NCBI GenBank assembly: GCA_032718475.1 | Contig: JAUCBJ010001846.1 | Location: forward strand, 248,001-312,000 | Length of the DNA: 64,000 nucleotides | Origin: Nemertoderma westbladi | Taxonomy: Eukaryota; Animalia; Xenacoelomorpha | Direction of reading: 5' to 3' | Shown here: one piece after another, positions 19,369-29,227 of the stretch | Layout: every line of letters begins with the position of its first letter | Numbering within the stretch: position 1 is the stretch's first letter | Made by a program: the position numbers and the translations under genes | Notes under the pieces: generated by a model | Seen by the model: the letters and a program-made list of their open reading frames with translations, nothing else | The model's database searches: none | What the model was told of the DNA's origin: nothing

Positions 19369-22300
19369 ATGACTAATTTCATTCATCTACATGTTCATAG
19401 TGAATATTCTATTATCAACAGCACCATTCGTATTGCCAATTTAATTGAGCGCGCGAAAGCGTCAAATATGCAGGCGATCGCCTTGACCGATCATGCTAAT
19501 TTGTTTGGTGTTGTCAAGTTTTACCAAGCGGCCATTAAACATCAAATTAAGCCCATTATTGGGGTAGAAATTGAAGTCATTAAAAAAGGGTGTTATCGGG
19601 CAATTTTGCTTTGTCAAACGTATCAGGGCTATCAAAACCTATGTGAGCTTTTAACCCAAACCTACATTAAAAAAAGTGATAAAGACGACCTACCTCAACT
19701 AAGTTTTGAAATATTAAGTCAGTACCAAGCTGACCTTATTATGATCATGATCGGGGTTGATAGCCAAATTAACCATGACCTATCCAATGAGAACATCGCT
19801 GATTTTCAATCCCACTGGGCTGATTTTCAAACACTTTTTGGTAATCGTTTGTATCTAGGCATTAAGCGCACCAAAGTGGCGGATGATCATTTCAACGCCT
19901 GTTTGTTCAAAGCCATGACAAAAAAGCAGATCAGCTTGCCCGTTGTGGCCTTAAATGATGTGTATTTTTTAAATGAGAAAGATCACCAAACACATTTAGC
20001 GCGGGTGTGCATTCAACAAGGCATTCGGCTGGCTGATCAAAAAGGTGAGCAATATGCCCCTAGTCAGTATTTAAAAAATAGCCAACAGATGTGTGCGTTA
20101 TTCTCAGATATGCCCACTTGTGTGGAAAACACCGCCCAAATTGCAAAACGTTGTAATGTTATTTTGCCGTTTGGTCAAATCCACCTACCCCAACTTCAGA
20201 TAGGGGATAAATCATCCAACCAGCAATTGGCTGATCAAGTATTGGGCGAATTAGATCAGTATTTAGCCAAGCACCCCAAGCTAGATAAAGTTCAGTACCA
20301 AAAACGTGCCGAGTATGAAATTAGCATTATTCAAAAAACAGCCTATACCGACTACTTTTTAATCGTCTCTGACTTTGTTTGTTGGGCAAAGACTAACAAC
20401 ATTCCTGTCGGGCCTGGTCGGGGTTCTGGCGCAGGTTCTTTAGTCGCTTTTATGCTCAAAATAACCGACATTGACCCTGTTGAATATGGGTTGTTATTTG
20501 AACGGTTTTTAAATATTGATCGCGTTTCAATGCCTGATTTTGATATCGACTTTTGCCCACGCCGGCGTGATGAAGTCATCGATTATGTCATGGCAAAATA
20601 TGGCAACGATCGTGTGGCTCAGATTATTACCTTTGGCAGCATGGCGGCCAAAGCGGTGGTCAGAGATGCTGGTAGGGTATTGGGGCTTTCCTATGGTTTT
20701 GTGGATGAAATTGCAAGCCTTATCCCCTTTGAGCTAGATATCACCCTTGAAAAAGCCATTGCCCAAGAACCCACCTTACAAAAACGCTATGAATCTGATG
20801 AAAGCGTTCGGGCATTAATTGATCTATCTAAACAACTTGAAGGCCTAAAAAGAAACATTGGCAAACATGCAGGGGGTGTGGTGATCAGCCCCAAGAAAAT
20901 GACAAACTTCTTAGCGTTGTATCAGGAAAATTCGCAAGAACGGCATATTACCCAATTGGATAAAGACGACCTAGAAGCCATGGGGCTGGTTAAATTTGAC
21001 TTTTTAGGGCTTAAAAATCTCACCATCATACAAGACGTATTAAATGCCCTTGAGCGTGAGTCGAAAATCATCGACCTTCAAAACATCCCCCTTGATGACA
21101 AACACACCTTCAAACTCATTTGCCAAGGTAAAACGCAAGGGATTTTCCAGCTTGAGTCCAGAGGCATGCGTGATATCATCGCCCAACTTCAGCCCGATAA
21201 ATTAGATGAAATAATTGATTTATGTGCACTGTATCGGCCAGGGCCGATTGAATCGGGCATGGTGGATAGCTACATTCAACACAAAAATGAGAAAAAAACC
21301 TTGGACTTGCATCCTAAAATTACACTCCTTTTGGAAGACACCAATGGGGTGATTTTATACCAAGAGCAAGTCATGAAAATTGCACAGGTTTTATCTAATT
21401 ACAGTTTGGGACAGGCCGATATTTTGCGGCGTATCATGGGCAAGAAAAAACCAGATGAAATGCAGGCTCAAAAAGCTATTTTTATTGAAGGGGCAAAAAA
21501 AAATAACGTACCCCCTAGAGATGCTGAAATGATCTTTGATCATATCGAAAAGTTTGCAGGCTATGGTTTTAATAAATCGCACTCGGCCGCGTACGGCCTA
21601 ATTGCTTATCAAACCGCGTACTTAAAGGCTAATTTTACCGCACACTTTATGGCGGCGGTGATGACTTACACCATGGAAAAAGTAGAACGCTTGATGGTAC
21701 TCATTCAAGAATCTAAATCCATGGGCATTAAAGTTTGCACGGTTAATATTCACGAGTCTTGTCATTATTTTAAAGCTGTTGATTTAAAAACCATTGCCTA
21801 TGGGTTGGGGGCTGTTAAGGGTTTGGGTAAGCCTGTTGCTGAGGCCATTGGAAAGGCGCGCTCCCAAAGCCCCTTTAAAAGTGTGGAAGATGTTTGTTTG
21901 CGGGTGCCGTTGCCTGATTTTGGGATTCGTCAATTAAACATCATGATCGAAAGTGGCCTGCTTGATGCCTTTGGCATTGATCGTGGTGTTTTAATTCGCA
22001 ACCATCAATTGATGATGGATTTTTCAAAACAACACCATCACGAGACAGCCCAATCGCAAAGTAGTTTATGGGGGGGGCAGACTAACACTCAATTAAGCTT
22101 AGTGGCACCTACTGAAAAAGAACGCCTTAGTCAGGCAGAAATATTGCTGCGCGAATATAAGCTGTTGTCACAGTTTGCTAGCCAGCATCCTTTAAGTACT
22201 TTAAAAAAAGAGATGAAAAAACTAGGCCAAGCATCGTTTGTTGATGTGGCTAGACAAGGTGTACAGCTATTGGTGTGGTTGATTAAAAAGGCCGAAAAAA

Positions 22301-22755
22301 TGGGTCAAAAAAAACAACCCTTATTAAATGTTTGGCTAGAAGATACCAAAGGTGATCGCCAAGAGTTTTTGGCTGATCACAGCCTGTGGGATGAACAATT
22401 TCCAAAAGCGCATGCCCCGTTTGTTGTTACATTTGAACGTGGGTATAAAAAGCGTTTATTTATCAAATGCATCCAAACCCTTAATCAGTGGCGAGGTAAT
22501 CAAAAAGGGCGGCTATTGATTAAAGCAGGCGCTACTTTAGATGTTGAAAAACTTAAAAACATACTGCACGATCATGTAGGGAATTCTAATGTGATTATTT
22601 ATTATCAAACGAAAGATGCAAGGGTTGAAATATTGCTAGGGGTTCAGGTGCTGATTGGTGATCAATTGCTTAAAAAATTGGGTCAGTTAATTTCGCCCCA
22701 AGCCATTGAGGTGAGCTATCAAAGCCAATTAGCAGCCCCACCACTTGCTACTTAA
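19369..22755 (+). CDS. dnaE: DNA polymerase III alpha subunit
   Basis: PHP HLHVHSEYS, GPGRGSGAGS, SMPDFDIDF, KFDFLGL, YGFNKSH. Confidence 0.98.
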   Translation: MTNFIHLHVHSEYSIINSTIRIANLIERAKASNMQAIALTDHANLFGVVKFYQAAIKHQIKPIIGVEIEVIKKGCYRAILLCQTYQGYQNLCELLTQTYIKKSDKDDLPQLSFEILSQYQADLIMIMIGVDSQINHDLSNENIADFQSHWADFQTLFGNRLYLGIKRTKVADDHFNACLFKAMTKKQISLPVVALNDVYFLNEKDHQTHLARVCIQQGIRLADQKGEQYAPSQYLKNSQQMCALFSDMPTCVENTAQIAKRCNVILPFGQIHLPQLQIGDKSSNQQLADQVLGELDQYLAKHPKLDKVQYQKRAEYEISIIQKTAYTDYFLIVSDFVCWAKTNNIPVGPGRGSGAGSLVAFMLKITDIDPVEYGLLFERFLNIDRVSMPDFDIDFCPRRRDEVIDYVMAKYGNDRVAQIITFGSMAAKAVVRDAGRVLGLSYGFVDEIASLIPFELDITLEKAIAQEPTLQKRYESDESVRALIDLSKQLEGLKRNIGKHAGGVVISPKKMTNFLALYQENSQERHITQLDKDDLEAMGLVKFDFLGLKNLTIIQDVLNALERESKIIDLQNIPLDDKHTFKLICQGKTQGIFQLESRGMRDIIAQLQPDKLDEIIDLCALYRPGPIESGMVDSYIQHKNEKKTLDLHPKITLLLEDTNGVILYQEQVMKIAQVLSNYSLGQADILRRIMGKKKPDEMQAQKAIFIEGAKKNNVPPRDAEMIFDHIEKFAGYGFNKSHSAAYGLIAYQTAYLKANFTAHFMAAVMTYTMEKVERLMVLIQESKSMGIKVCTVNIHESCHYFKAVDLKTIAYGLGAVKGLGKPVAEAIGKARSQSPFKSVEDVCLRVPLPDFGIRQLNIMIESGLLDAFGIDRGVLIRNHQLMMDFSKQHHHETAQSQSSLWGGQTNTQLSLVAPTEKERLSQAEILLREYKLLSQFASQHPLSTLKKEMKKLGQASFVDVARQGVQLLVWLIKKAEKMGQKKQPLLNVWLEDTKGDRQEFLADHSLWDEQFPKAHAPFVVTFERGYKKRLFIKCIQTLNQWRGNQKGRLLIKAGATLDVEKLKNILHDHVGNSNVIIYYQTKDARVEILLGVQVLIGDQLLKKLGQLISPQAIEVSYQSQLAAPPLAT

Positions 22756-22783
22756 GGCGCTTGGCGTTTGGGGTGCATTATGG

Positions 22784-23523
22784 TTAGTCAAACAATATAA
22801 ATTTTTCTTCTCTTAAACGATTGATCAAATAGCTCATCAAAAAGTTATCGGTAAAGCCTGACATAATAATGCCTTTTGTTATCTTCTAGCGGCTTAATGA
22901 AGTTATTTTTTCTCATTTTAAGCAATTGATGGGTGCGTTGCCGAACCGATAACCCTAATTCATCTAAATCTTGTGCTTTAAATAGCTGTTTTTTAATGCC
23001 CTGTTTTAATAATGGTGGCTTTAATTTTGCTTAGCCGACCTGATTGTTGCCCTTGTTTAATAACACTGAGCTTGGATTAATGAGCCGCCCCCTTTTAACA
23101 TTACAGTCATATTTAATGAGCATGGCATACGTCAAAAGCCTTGCTACACGTGAAAAAAGATGAATCTAAGCAAAGCGGTGATAAAGCGTTTGTTATCTCT
23201 CATTTTTGACTAACTGTTTTTTCAATATGATTAATTGCATCTTCAATATTTTTAATTTCTTGAAACCGTGCTTTGTTGGCTATTTTAGCTATTTTTTGAC
23301 CAACATATTCGGCCACAGTTGTTCAAATCCCTTCTATTCTGGAAGAGCCAACACTTTCTAAAATGTGAAAAACATTTTTGATCTGAAAAAATATTTGGGG
23401 ATGAGTAGAGCCACTCAATTGTAATTTTTTTAAATGGTTTAATTCCATTAAGGTGTCCGTTAATGGTGAGTCAAAGTCGAGGCTAATTAATGTTAAGTTA
23501 ATGCGTTTAAAAGTTGGCTTCAT
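22784..23523 (-). pseudogene. Fic-family protein, heavily eroded
   Basis: Manual translation of fragments: FFQIKNVFHILESVGSSRIEGI*TTVAEY; HRFA*IHLFS-RVARLLTYAMLIKY (degenerate Fic motif); C-terminal RHYYV.FTDNFLMSYLINRLREEKFILFD*. Confidence 0.8.
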
Positions 23524-23712
23524 AACAACATCTTTAAATAAAGATAACAGCACATAAGAATTTTAATTCCTTATTATACAAAGATAAAAATAATGAGTAC
23601 CTAGATTAATAACAACAATATATTATTTTGTAAACGGCACAAATTTAGCATTAAAATAGTGTTCAAGCGGGCACAGCTCTACTGGTCTGATTGAAGTTCA
23701 ACAAAATGTTTT

Positions 23713-25131
23713 TTATGAGGGTTGTGCGGATGTTTTAAGTAACTGGCAAAGGCGTGCATGGCCATTTTCAATTGCCTTTTGCACTTGCTTTGGGGCTGTG
23801 CCGCCCAGTGTGTTTCTGGCTTCTACCGTTTTTTCAAGGGCAATGTGCTGAAAAACGTCATCCTTAATTTTGGGGGAGAATTTTTGTAACACTTCCAAAC
23901 CAAGCCCTTCAATGGGGCATTGTTTTTCGCACGCAAATTGTACAATTTTACCCGTACTGTGGTGAGCATCCCGAAAAGGTTCACCTTGTCGAACCAAGTA
24001 ATCTGCAAGGTCAGTGGCATTGGTGTAGCCGCGTGTGGCCGCCGCTTTCATGTTTTTTTCATTCGGTTTGAGGTGTTTGATAATTTCAACAAAGATATCG
24101 GTGGAAGTCATCAAAGTGGTGCAGGTATCAAAAATAGCAATTTTGTCTTCTTGATTATCTTTGTTATAGGCCAAGGGTTGTGATTTCATCAATGTTAAAA
24201 GGCTCATCAAATGGCCATAAACACGCCCTGTTTTACCGCGTATCAGCTCAGGGAGGTCAGGGTTTTTTTTCTGCGGCATCATTGAACTCCCTGTACATAA
24301 ATGATCAGGTAGGCTGACAAACCTAAAGGGGTCTGACATCCATAAAATAATTTCTTCACAAAAGCGTGATAAGTGCATCATCACCAGTGCGGCGTTGTGG
24401 GCAAATTCAATCACAAAATCTCGGTCGCTCACCGCGTCAAGCGAGTTTTGACAAATTCGCGTAAACCCGAGTTGTTTGGCAAGATATTCTCGGTCAATCG
24501 GATAGGGGGTACCCGCCAATGCGCCTGAACCAAGTGGCAAGGTGTTGGTGCGACTTTTTGTTTGGGTGAAGCGTTCAATATCACGCAGCGACATTTCAAA
24601 ATAGGCCATGAGGTGATGCGCAAATGTGATAGGTTGTGCATTTTGAAGGTGGGTGTAGCCGGGCATGTAAGTATAGGTGTGTTTTTCAGCCAGTGTCAGC
24701 AGAGTGTTTGCAATATTTTCAAGGTTTTTTAAGGATTGCTCGGTTGCAAAACGAAGGTACAAGCGCAGATCAGTCGCCACCTGATCATTTCGTGAACGGC
24801 CAGTGTGGAGCTTTTTACCTAGCTCGCCAATTTCATCCGTTAAGGCTTGTTCAATATTCATATGAACATCTTCTAGGACAACCGACCACTGAAACTCGCC
24901 ACTATCAATTTTTTTACCTAACTTATGTAAGCCCTCAATAAGGGTGTTTTTTTCCGCCTCAGTGATCACCCCGATTTTTTGCAACATGTTGGCATGGGCG
25001 ATGGAAAGCTGAATATCAAAGGTGGCCAGCTCATAGTCAAAGGTGATAGAGGCATTGAATAGGTCAATTTTTTGATCCGTTGTGCCTTCAAAGCGCCCGC
25101 CCCACAACTTATTGTTTTGTGTTTTTGTCAT
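23713..25131 (-). CDS. argH: Argininosuccinate lyase
   Basis: LWGGRF, HTGRSRNDQVATD, GSSMMPQKKNPD. Confidence 0.98.
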   Translation of the reverse strand: MTKTQNNKLWGGRFEGTTDQKIDLFNASITFDYELATFDIQLSIAHANMLQKIGVITEAEKNTLIEGLHKLGKKIDSGEFQWSVVLEDVHMNIEQALTDEIGELGKKLHTGRSRNDQVATDLRLYLRFATEQSLKNLENIANTLLTLAEKHTYTYMPGYTHLQNAQPITFAHHLMAYFEMSLRDIERFTQTKSRTNTLPLGSGALAGTPYPIDREYLAKQLGFTRICQNSLDAVSDRDFVIEFAHNAALVMMHLSRFCEEIILWMSDPFRFVSLPDHLCTGSSMMPQKKNPDLPELIRGKTGRVYGHLMSLLTLMKSQPLAYNKDNQEDKIAIFDTCTTLMTSTDIFVEIIKHLKPNEKNMKAAATRGYTNATDLADYLVRQGEPFRDAHHSTGKIVQFACEKQCPIEGLGLEVLQKFSPKIKDDVFQHIALEKTVEARNTLGGTAPKQVQKAIENGHARLCQLLKTSAQPS

Positions 25132-25180
25132 ATCCTTACAAAGATGATAATTTGTCCCTATTCTAAGTCAAAACAGTGAT

Positions 25181-26107
25181 TTGTTTGTGAAGATTCGCTT
25201 GTTAACTCGCAAAAGCCCCTTGGCGCTGGCACAAGCCCGTTTGGTGAAAAATGCACTGGTAGCGACTGACCCTGTGCTTTGTGTGGATTTAAAGCCTTTA
25301 TCAACGCAAGTTGATGATGATCTTGGTCGAAGTGTTCGTTCGTTTGGCGGCAAGGGGGGCGCGTTTACCCGCGTACTTGAACAATCCCTTTTAAGCGGTC
25401 ATGGGGATATTGCAGTGCATTCACTAAAAGACTTGCCCGCCACATTGGATGATGGGTTTGTGTTAGCGGGTGCGATTGGTCGAGCAGATAAAGTAGATGT
25501 GTTGGTGGGGAAATATTCATTGGCTGATTTACCCAAAGGTTCAATTGTGGGTACTTCAAGCCCAAGGCGTCGCGCTCAGTTGATGCAAAAGCGAGATGAT
25601 CTAAATATTCAACCCATTCGAGGCAATTTGCAAACGCGTTTGGCTAAATTAGTCAACAAAAAAGTTGATGCATTGGTGTTGGCCAAAGCAGGGCTTGATC
25701 GACTTGGTTTGCATCCTCCTAGCCACCCACTTGATTGTTTGCCAGCGTTTGGGCAGGGTTTAATTGGGCTTGAATGTCGGGGCGATCGGGATGATTTATT
25801 ACATTTAATGACAAAAATTGTTGATCAAACAGCCATGCGTGAAATGATATGCGAGCGTGCTTGTATTAAACATTTAGGGGCAAGTTGTTTGGATGCGGTG
25901 GCCGGTACCTGCTTGCACCAAAAAGACCAACTGGTTTTGAAAGCGGTGGTGTACCACCCTGTTTCTTATCAAAAAATTGAGGCTTGTGGTCGTCGCTGTT
26001 TATCGGGCTTAACAGCTCAAACAGCTGTCTCACTTGGCATAGAGGTCGCTCAAATGTTATTAAAACAGGGGGCAGCCGATTATTTGGGTTTAGAACTTAA
26101 TGAATAA
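25181..26107 (+). CDS. hemC: Hydroxymethylbilane synthase
   Basis: TRKSPLALAQA, VHSLKDLP, GTSSPRR, IRGNLQTRL. Confidence 0.95.
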   Translation: MFVKIRLLTRKSPLALAQARLVKNALVATDPVLCVDLKPLSTQVDDDLGRSVRSFGGKGGAFTRVLEQSLLSGHGDIAVHSLKDLPATLDDGFVLAGAIGRADKVDVLVGKYSLADLPKGSIVGTSSPRRRAQLMQKRDDLNIQPIRGNLQTRLAKLVNKKVDALVLAKAGLDRLGLHPPSHPLDCLPAFGQGLIGLECRGDRDDLLHLMTKIVDQTAMREMICERACIKHLGASCLDAVAGTCLHQKDQLVLKAVVYHPVSYQKIEACGRRCLSGLTAQTAVSLGIEVAQMLLKQGAADYLGLELNE

Positions 26108-26840
26108 ACGCTGGGCCATTGTCAATACCCGACCCATTGAGCAAGCAAGCGCCTTTGAAAAAGCATTTTGTTCAATAGATGCAGATGTTTTGCATTGCTC
26201 CACCACCCGTTGTGAACTTTTATGTAGCGATTTGTCGCATATTCAAGCCGATTTAATTGTGCTGACCAGTCAAATTGCCGTGCATTTGGGGATGCCGCGT
26301 TTAACGCATTTGTATAAGTCAGCTTATTTTACAGCCATTGGCAAGCAAACCTTTGACGTACTTGAAACCTATCAAGTGCCATATGTGTTGCCCTATCGTT
26401 TGACGAAAACAAACTCTTCTATTTGGTGGCAGTGGTTTTTATCACAAAAGCTGAATTTTACCCCCAAACGTGTGTTGGTGGTTCAGTGTGAAGGGGGGTA
26501 TGACTATTTATTTAATGCATTTCGTTCAGCCGGTTTTGGTGTGCACTGTTTGTTATTGTATCGGCATGTCAATTTGCCTTGCCCAGTTTTTGTGATTCAG
26601 CAAGCCTTTGAATATGGAAAAAGATGTGTGTGGGTGCTGATGAGTGCCCGTGCCGTCAATGTGTTAAAGGATTGGTCGGGTGATCATAATTGGGATCATT
26701 TATTTTCACAAGGTGTTGCGGTTTGTGTGAGCGAACGTGTTGGAGCACTGGCATGTGATTTATGGGGTGATCGAATTAAAATCATTGAACAGACATCCAT
26801 GCAGAGTGTAGTAAAATGCTTGATAGATGTCATTAAATGA
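26100..26840 (+). CDS. hemD: Uroporphyrinogen-III synthase (divergent)
   Basis: IVNTRP N-terminus, LTSQIAV, AIGKQT, VSERV; follows hemC. Confidence 0.75.
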   Translation: MNKRWAIVNTRPIEQASAFEKAFCSIDADVLHCSTTRCELLCSDLSHIQADLIVLTSQIAVHLGMPRLTHLYKSAYFTAIGKQTFDVLETYQVPYVLPYRLTKTNSSIWWQWFLSQKLNFTPKRVLVVQCEGGYDYLFNAFRSAGFGVHCLLLYRHVNLPCPVFVIQQAFEYGKRCVWVLMSARAVNVLKDWSGDHNWDHLFSQGVAVCVSERVGALACDLWGDRIKIIEQTSMQSVVKCLIDVIK

Positions 26841-26856
26841 ATAAAATTAATTATTT

Positions 26857-27987
26857 ATGAAAAATAAACATCATGTGAATGTACACTTGTCAGAAGCCGA
26901 TGAAGTGGTTGTAGAAAATTCGCCTACTCAAGCAGTATTGAGTCGCCCATCAAGCCGCTGGTCAAAGTTGTTCTTCTTTGTAGGGATTGTGTGGTTAATC
27001 ATTGCCACGGTGTGGTTGTTGACTCAGCCCAATACATTTAGGCACGATGTGTCTGCTGTGTTAAATAAGACTACCCATCAATTGACAGATATATGGGATA
27101 AAACTGTTCGCTCGCTAAGCCCCGATGAACCTGCGTTTGAGCCGTTTGAAGCTACTTTGGGGGCATCGTTATCTGTTTTAGAAAATACTTTGCACTCACG
27201 TGTTACAGCGACTGATCATCACCAGCAGCTAAGGGCGGATCAACTAAAAGGTGAGATCACTCAATTAAATAAACGTTTAGGTCAGTTGGCGCTTGAACTT
27301 GAGCAGCTAAAGATTAAACAAAAAGCAAGCCAGCAATCGATTTTAAAGTGGAAGGATGATCAGCGTTTAAGGACAGCATCAGCTCAGAGCTTACAAAAGC
27401 AAATAGAGGCTAATTATCAATCGTACCAAAATCAGTCGGCAGCCAATGTGCTTGCAGTTTTAAATGATCAGGTCATGATGGCGATCAATGCGCAGCAATA
27501 TGAGGCTGTGTTGCGCCAGCTAAATGCGCTGAAAGCGTGGTTGGCAATTTTCCCTGATTTGAAAAAAAAATATTCAGGCCTGATGCCAGCCATTGATCAT
27601 GATATTAAACTGGCTGAACGTTTAAGCGCTCAAAACAATTGGCCGCGGCTACAACAGGTGGTAAAACAGCTGTTAAATGATGCACAGTTGTTTGGCAAAA
27701 GCCCCACTGCTTTCAAACAGTTTCTGGGGGGGCTAGTAACGATTAGTTCAGCCGATCAACAAACAGATGGTACATTATCTGATCGTTGGGAACTAAAGCA
27801 ATTGCTTAATCGCTTGCTGTATGCAATTGAGCTAGAGCAAATAGCACTTTATAAAAACACAGCTGATCAATTGTTCACCTTTTTAAGGCATTCGCCTATT
27901 GATGAGCGTTATGATCCGCTGGTATCTGTTTTAAAAGCTTCTGTTAATCAAAAGATTAATTGGTTATTGCCAACCGTGAATTTTTAA
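26857..27987 (+). CDS. HemX-like single-TM coiled-coil protein
   Basis: One N-terminal TM segment and a long coiled coil; position in hemC-hemD-X-Y order; sequence very divergent. Confidence 0.55.
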   Translation: MKNKHHVNVHLSEADEVVVENSPTQAVLSRPSSRWSKLFFFVGIVWLIIATVWLLTQPNTFRHDVSAVLNKTTHQLTDIWDKTVRSLSPDEPAFEPFEATLGASLSVLENTLHSRVTATDHHQQLRADQLKGEITQLNKRLGQLALELEQLKIKQKASQQSILKWKDDQRLRTASAQSLQKQIEANYQSYQNQSAANVLAVLNDQVMMAINAQQYEAVLRQLNALKAWLAIFPDLKKKYSGLMPAIDHDIKLAERLSAQNNWPRLQQVVKQLLNDAQLFGKSPTAFKQFLGGLVTISSADQQTDGTLSDRWELKQLLNRLLYAIELEQIALYKNTADQLFTFLRHSPIDERYDPLVSVLKASVNQKINWLLPTVNF

Positions 27988-27992
27988 ATGGT

Positions 27993-29219
27993 ATGCGGTA
28001 TTGGCTGGGTATTATTTTTTTGCTGACTGTAGGTGGCTTGGCGTATTGGCTACCGGTTGATTTTGAGCTTATTCGTTTTACAATCGACCAATGGGTGGTT
28101 GAGCTACCCTTAGTTTTCTTTATTATATTGCTGTTTATCGCCTGTGGTTTGTTTGTTTTATTGGGACGTTTTGTTTATTGGTTGATTAAAGTGCCTGTTG
28201 CCGCCAAAAGGCAATTAACGAATTTATTGCAGCAAAAGCATTTAGATACGCTAAGCCATTTGAATGTTTTAGCCGGGAAAAAGTCTTGGAAAGCGGTTGG
28301 TCAGCAATTAAAAAAAATTGGCTCAACAAAAGATGAGCGTGAGGTTTTGGTATTGCTGGGAGTGACGCAACTGTTGATTGATTCAGCACATTTTGAGTTG
28401 GCTGATAGTTGTTTGTTGAAATGTAAACCCGCCAAAGAATGTATCAGTGAATATTTGGTTTGGCTAAAAAAAATTGAAATATTGCTTGCTAAGAAAAGAA
28501 TGGATGCAGCAGCTGCAAAAATCAAAGACCTGCAAGTTGATCAATTGCCGCCAATTTTTCAAAGTGTGTATTTTATTTTGTTGCTTAAAGTTTACTGGGT
28601 ACAAAAACAATATGATGAAGTGGTTAAATTAGTGAAACAATTGAATAGTCAGAATATTCTAGATGATTTAAATTATAAAGGTATACTAATATATATTAGT
28701 GTTCGTTTGTATCAGAAGCGGTATTTTAATGATTATCATGCTGCGTTTGAGTTTTGGAATTTGTTGCCCAAAAAGATTCGTTATCTTGATGAGGTATTTT
28801 TAGGTTTAATTAATTGTTTGGATGATCCTTTGGTATTAGATAGTTTATATTTTGCACAAGATTTATTAGTTAAAACCATTAAAAGTCGTTGGAAATCTTT
28901 GTGGGTTGTCCGATTTGCTAATTTAAAAATTCATATGAATCAAACCCACCTTGATCAATTAATTAATTGGTTGAGGTATCAGCCCGATAACCCTAGGCTA
29001 CTGGGTAGCGTGGCACAGGTGGCGCTGAAAGTTGATCAGTTAGCGATTGCTTATCAGTATTTGAACAAGTGTTTATCCATTCATCCTGATGATCGTTTTG
29101 CACTTTATTTAATGTCAGTTTATTGTGAAAAGAAAAAAAATTACACACAGGCCTTGGCGTATCGTCGCCGTTTGGAAGGGGGTCAATTTGATCAATTAAT
29201 GGGTTTGTCCGCATTGTGA
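27993..29219 (+). CDS. HemY-like TPR membrane protein
   Basis: Two N-terminal TM segments, W.VELPL, C-terminal WL..QPDNP.LL...A.QYL.K.L TPR pattern; synteny. Confidence 0.65.
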   Translation: MRYWLGIIFLLTVGGLAYWLPVDFELIRFTIDQWVVELPLVFFIILLFIACGLFVLLGRFVYWLIKVPVAAKRQLTNLLQQKHLDTLSHLNVLAGKKSWKAVGQQLKKIGSTKDEREVLVLLGVTQLLIDSAHFELADSCLLKCKPAKECISEYLVWLKKIEILLAKKRMDAAAAKIKDLQVDQLPPIFQSVYFILLLKVYWVQKQYDEVVKLVKQLNSQNILDDLNYKGILIYISVRLYQKRYFNDYHAAFEFWNLLPKKIRYLDEVFLGLINCLDDPLVLDSLYFAQDLLVKTIKSRWKSLWVVRFANLKIHMNQTHLDQLINWLRYQPDNPRLLGSVAQVALKVDQLAIAYQYLNKCLSIHPDDRFALYLMSVYCEKKKNYTQALAYRRRLEGGQFDQLMGLSAL

Positions 29220-29227
29220 AGGTTTAA

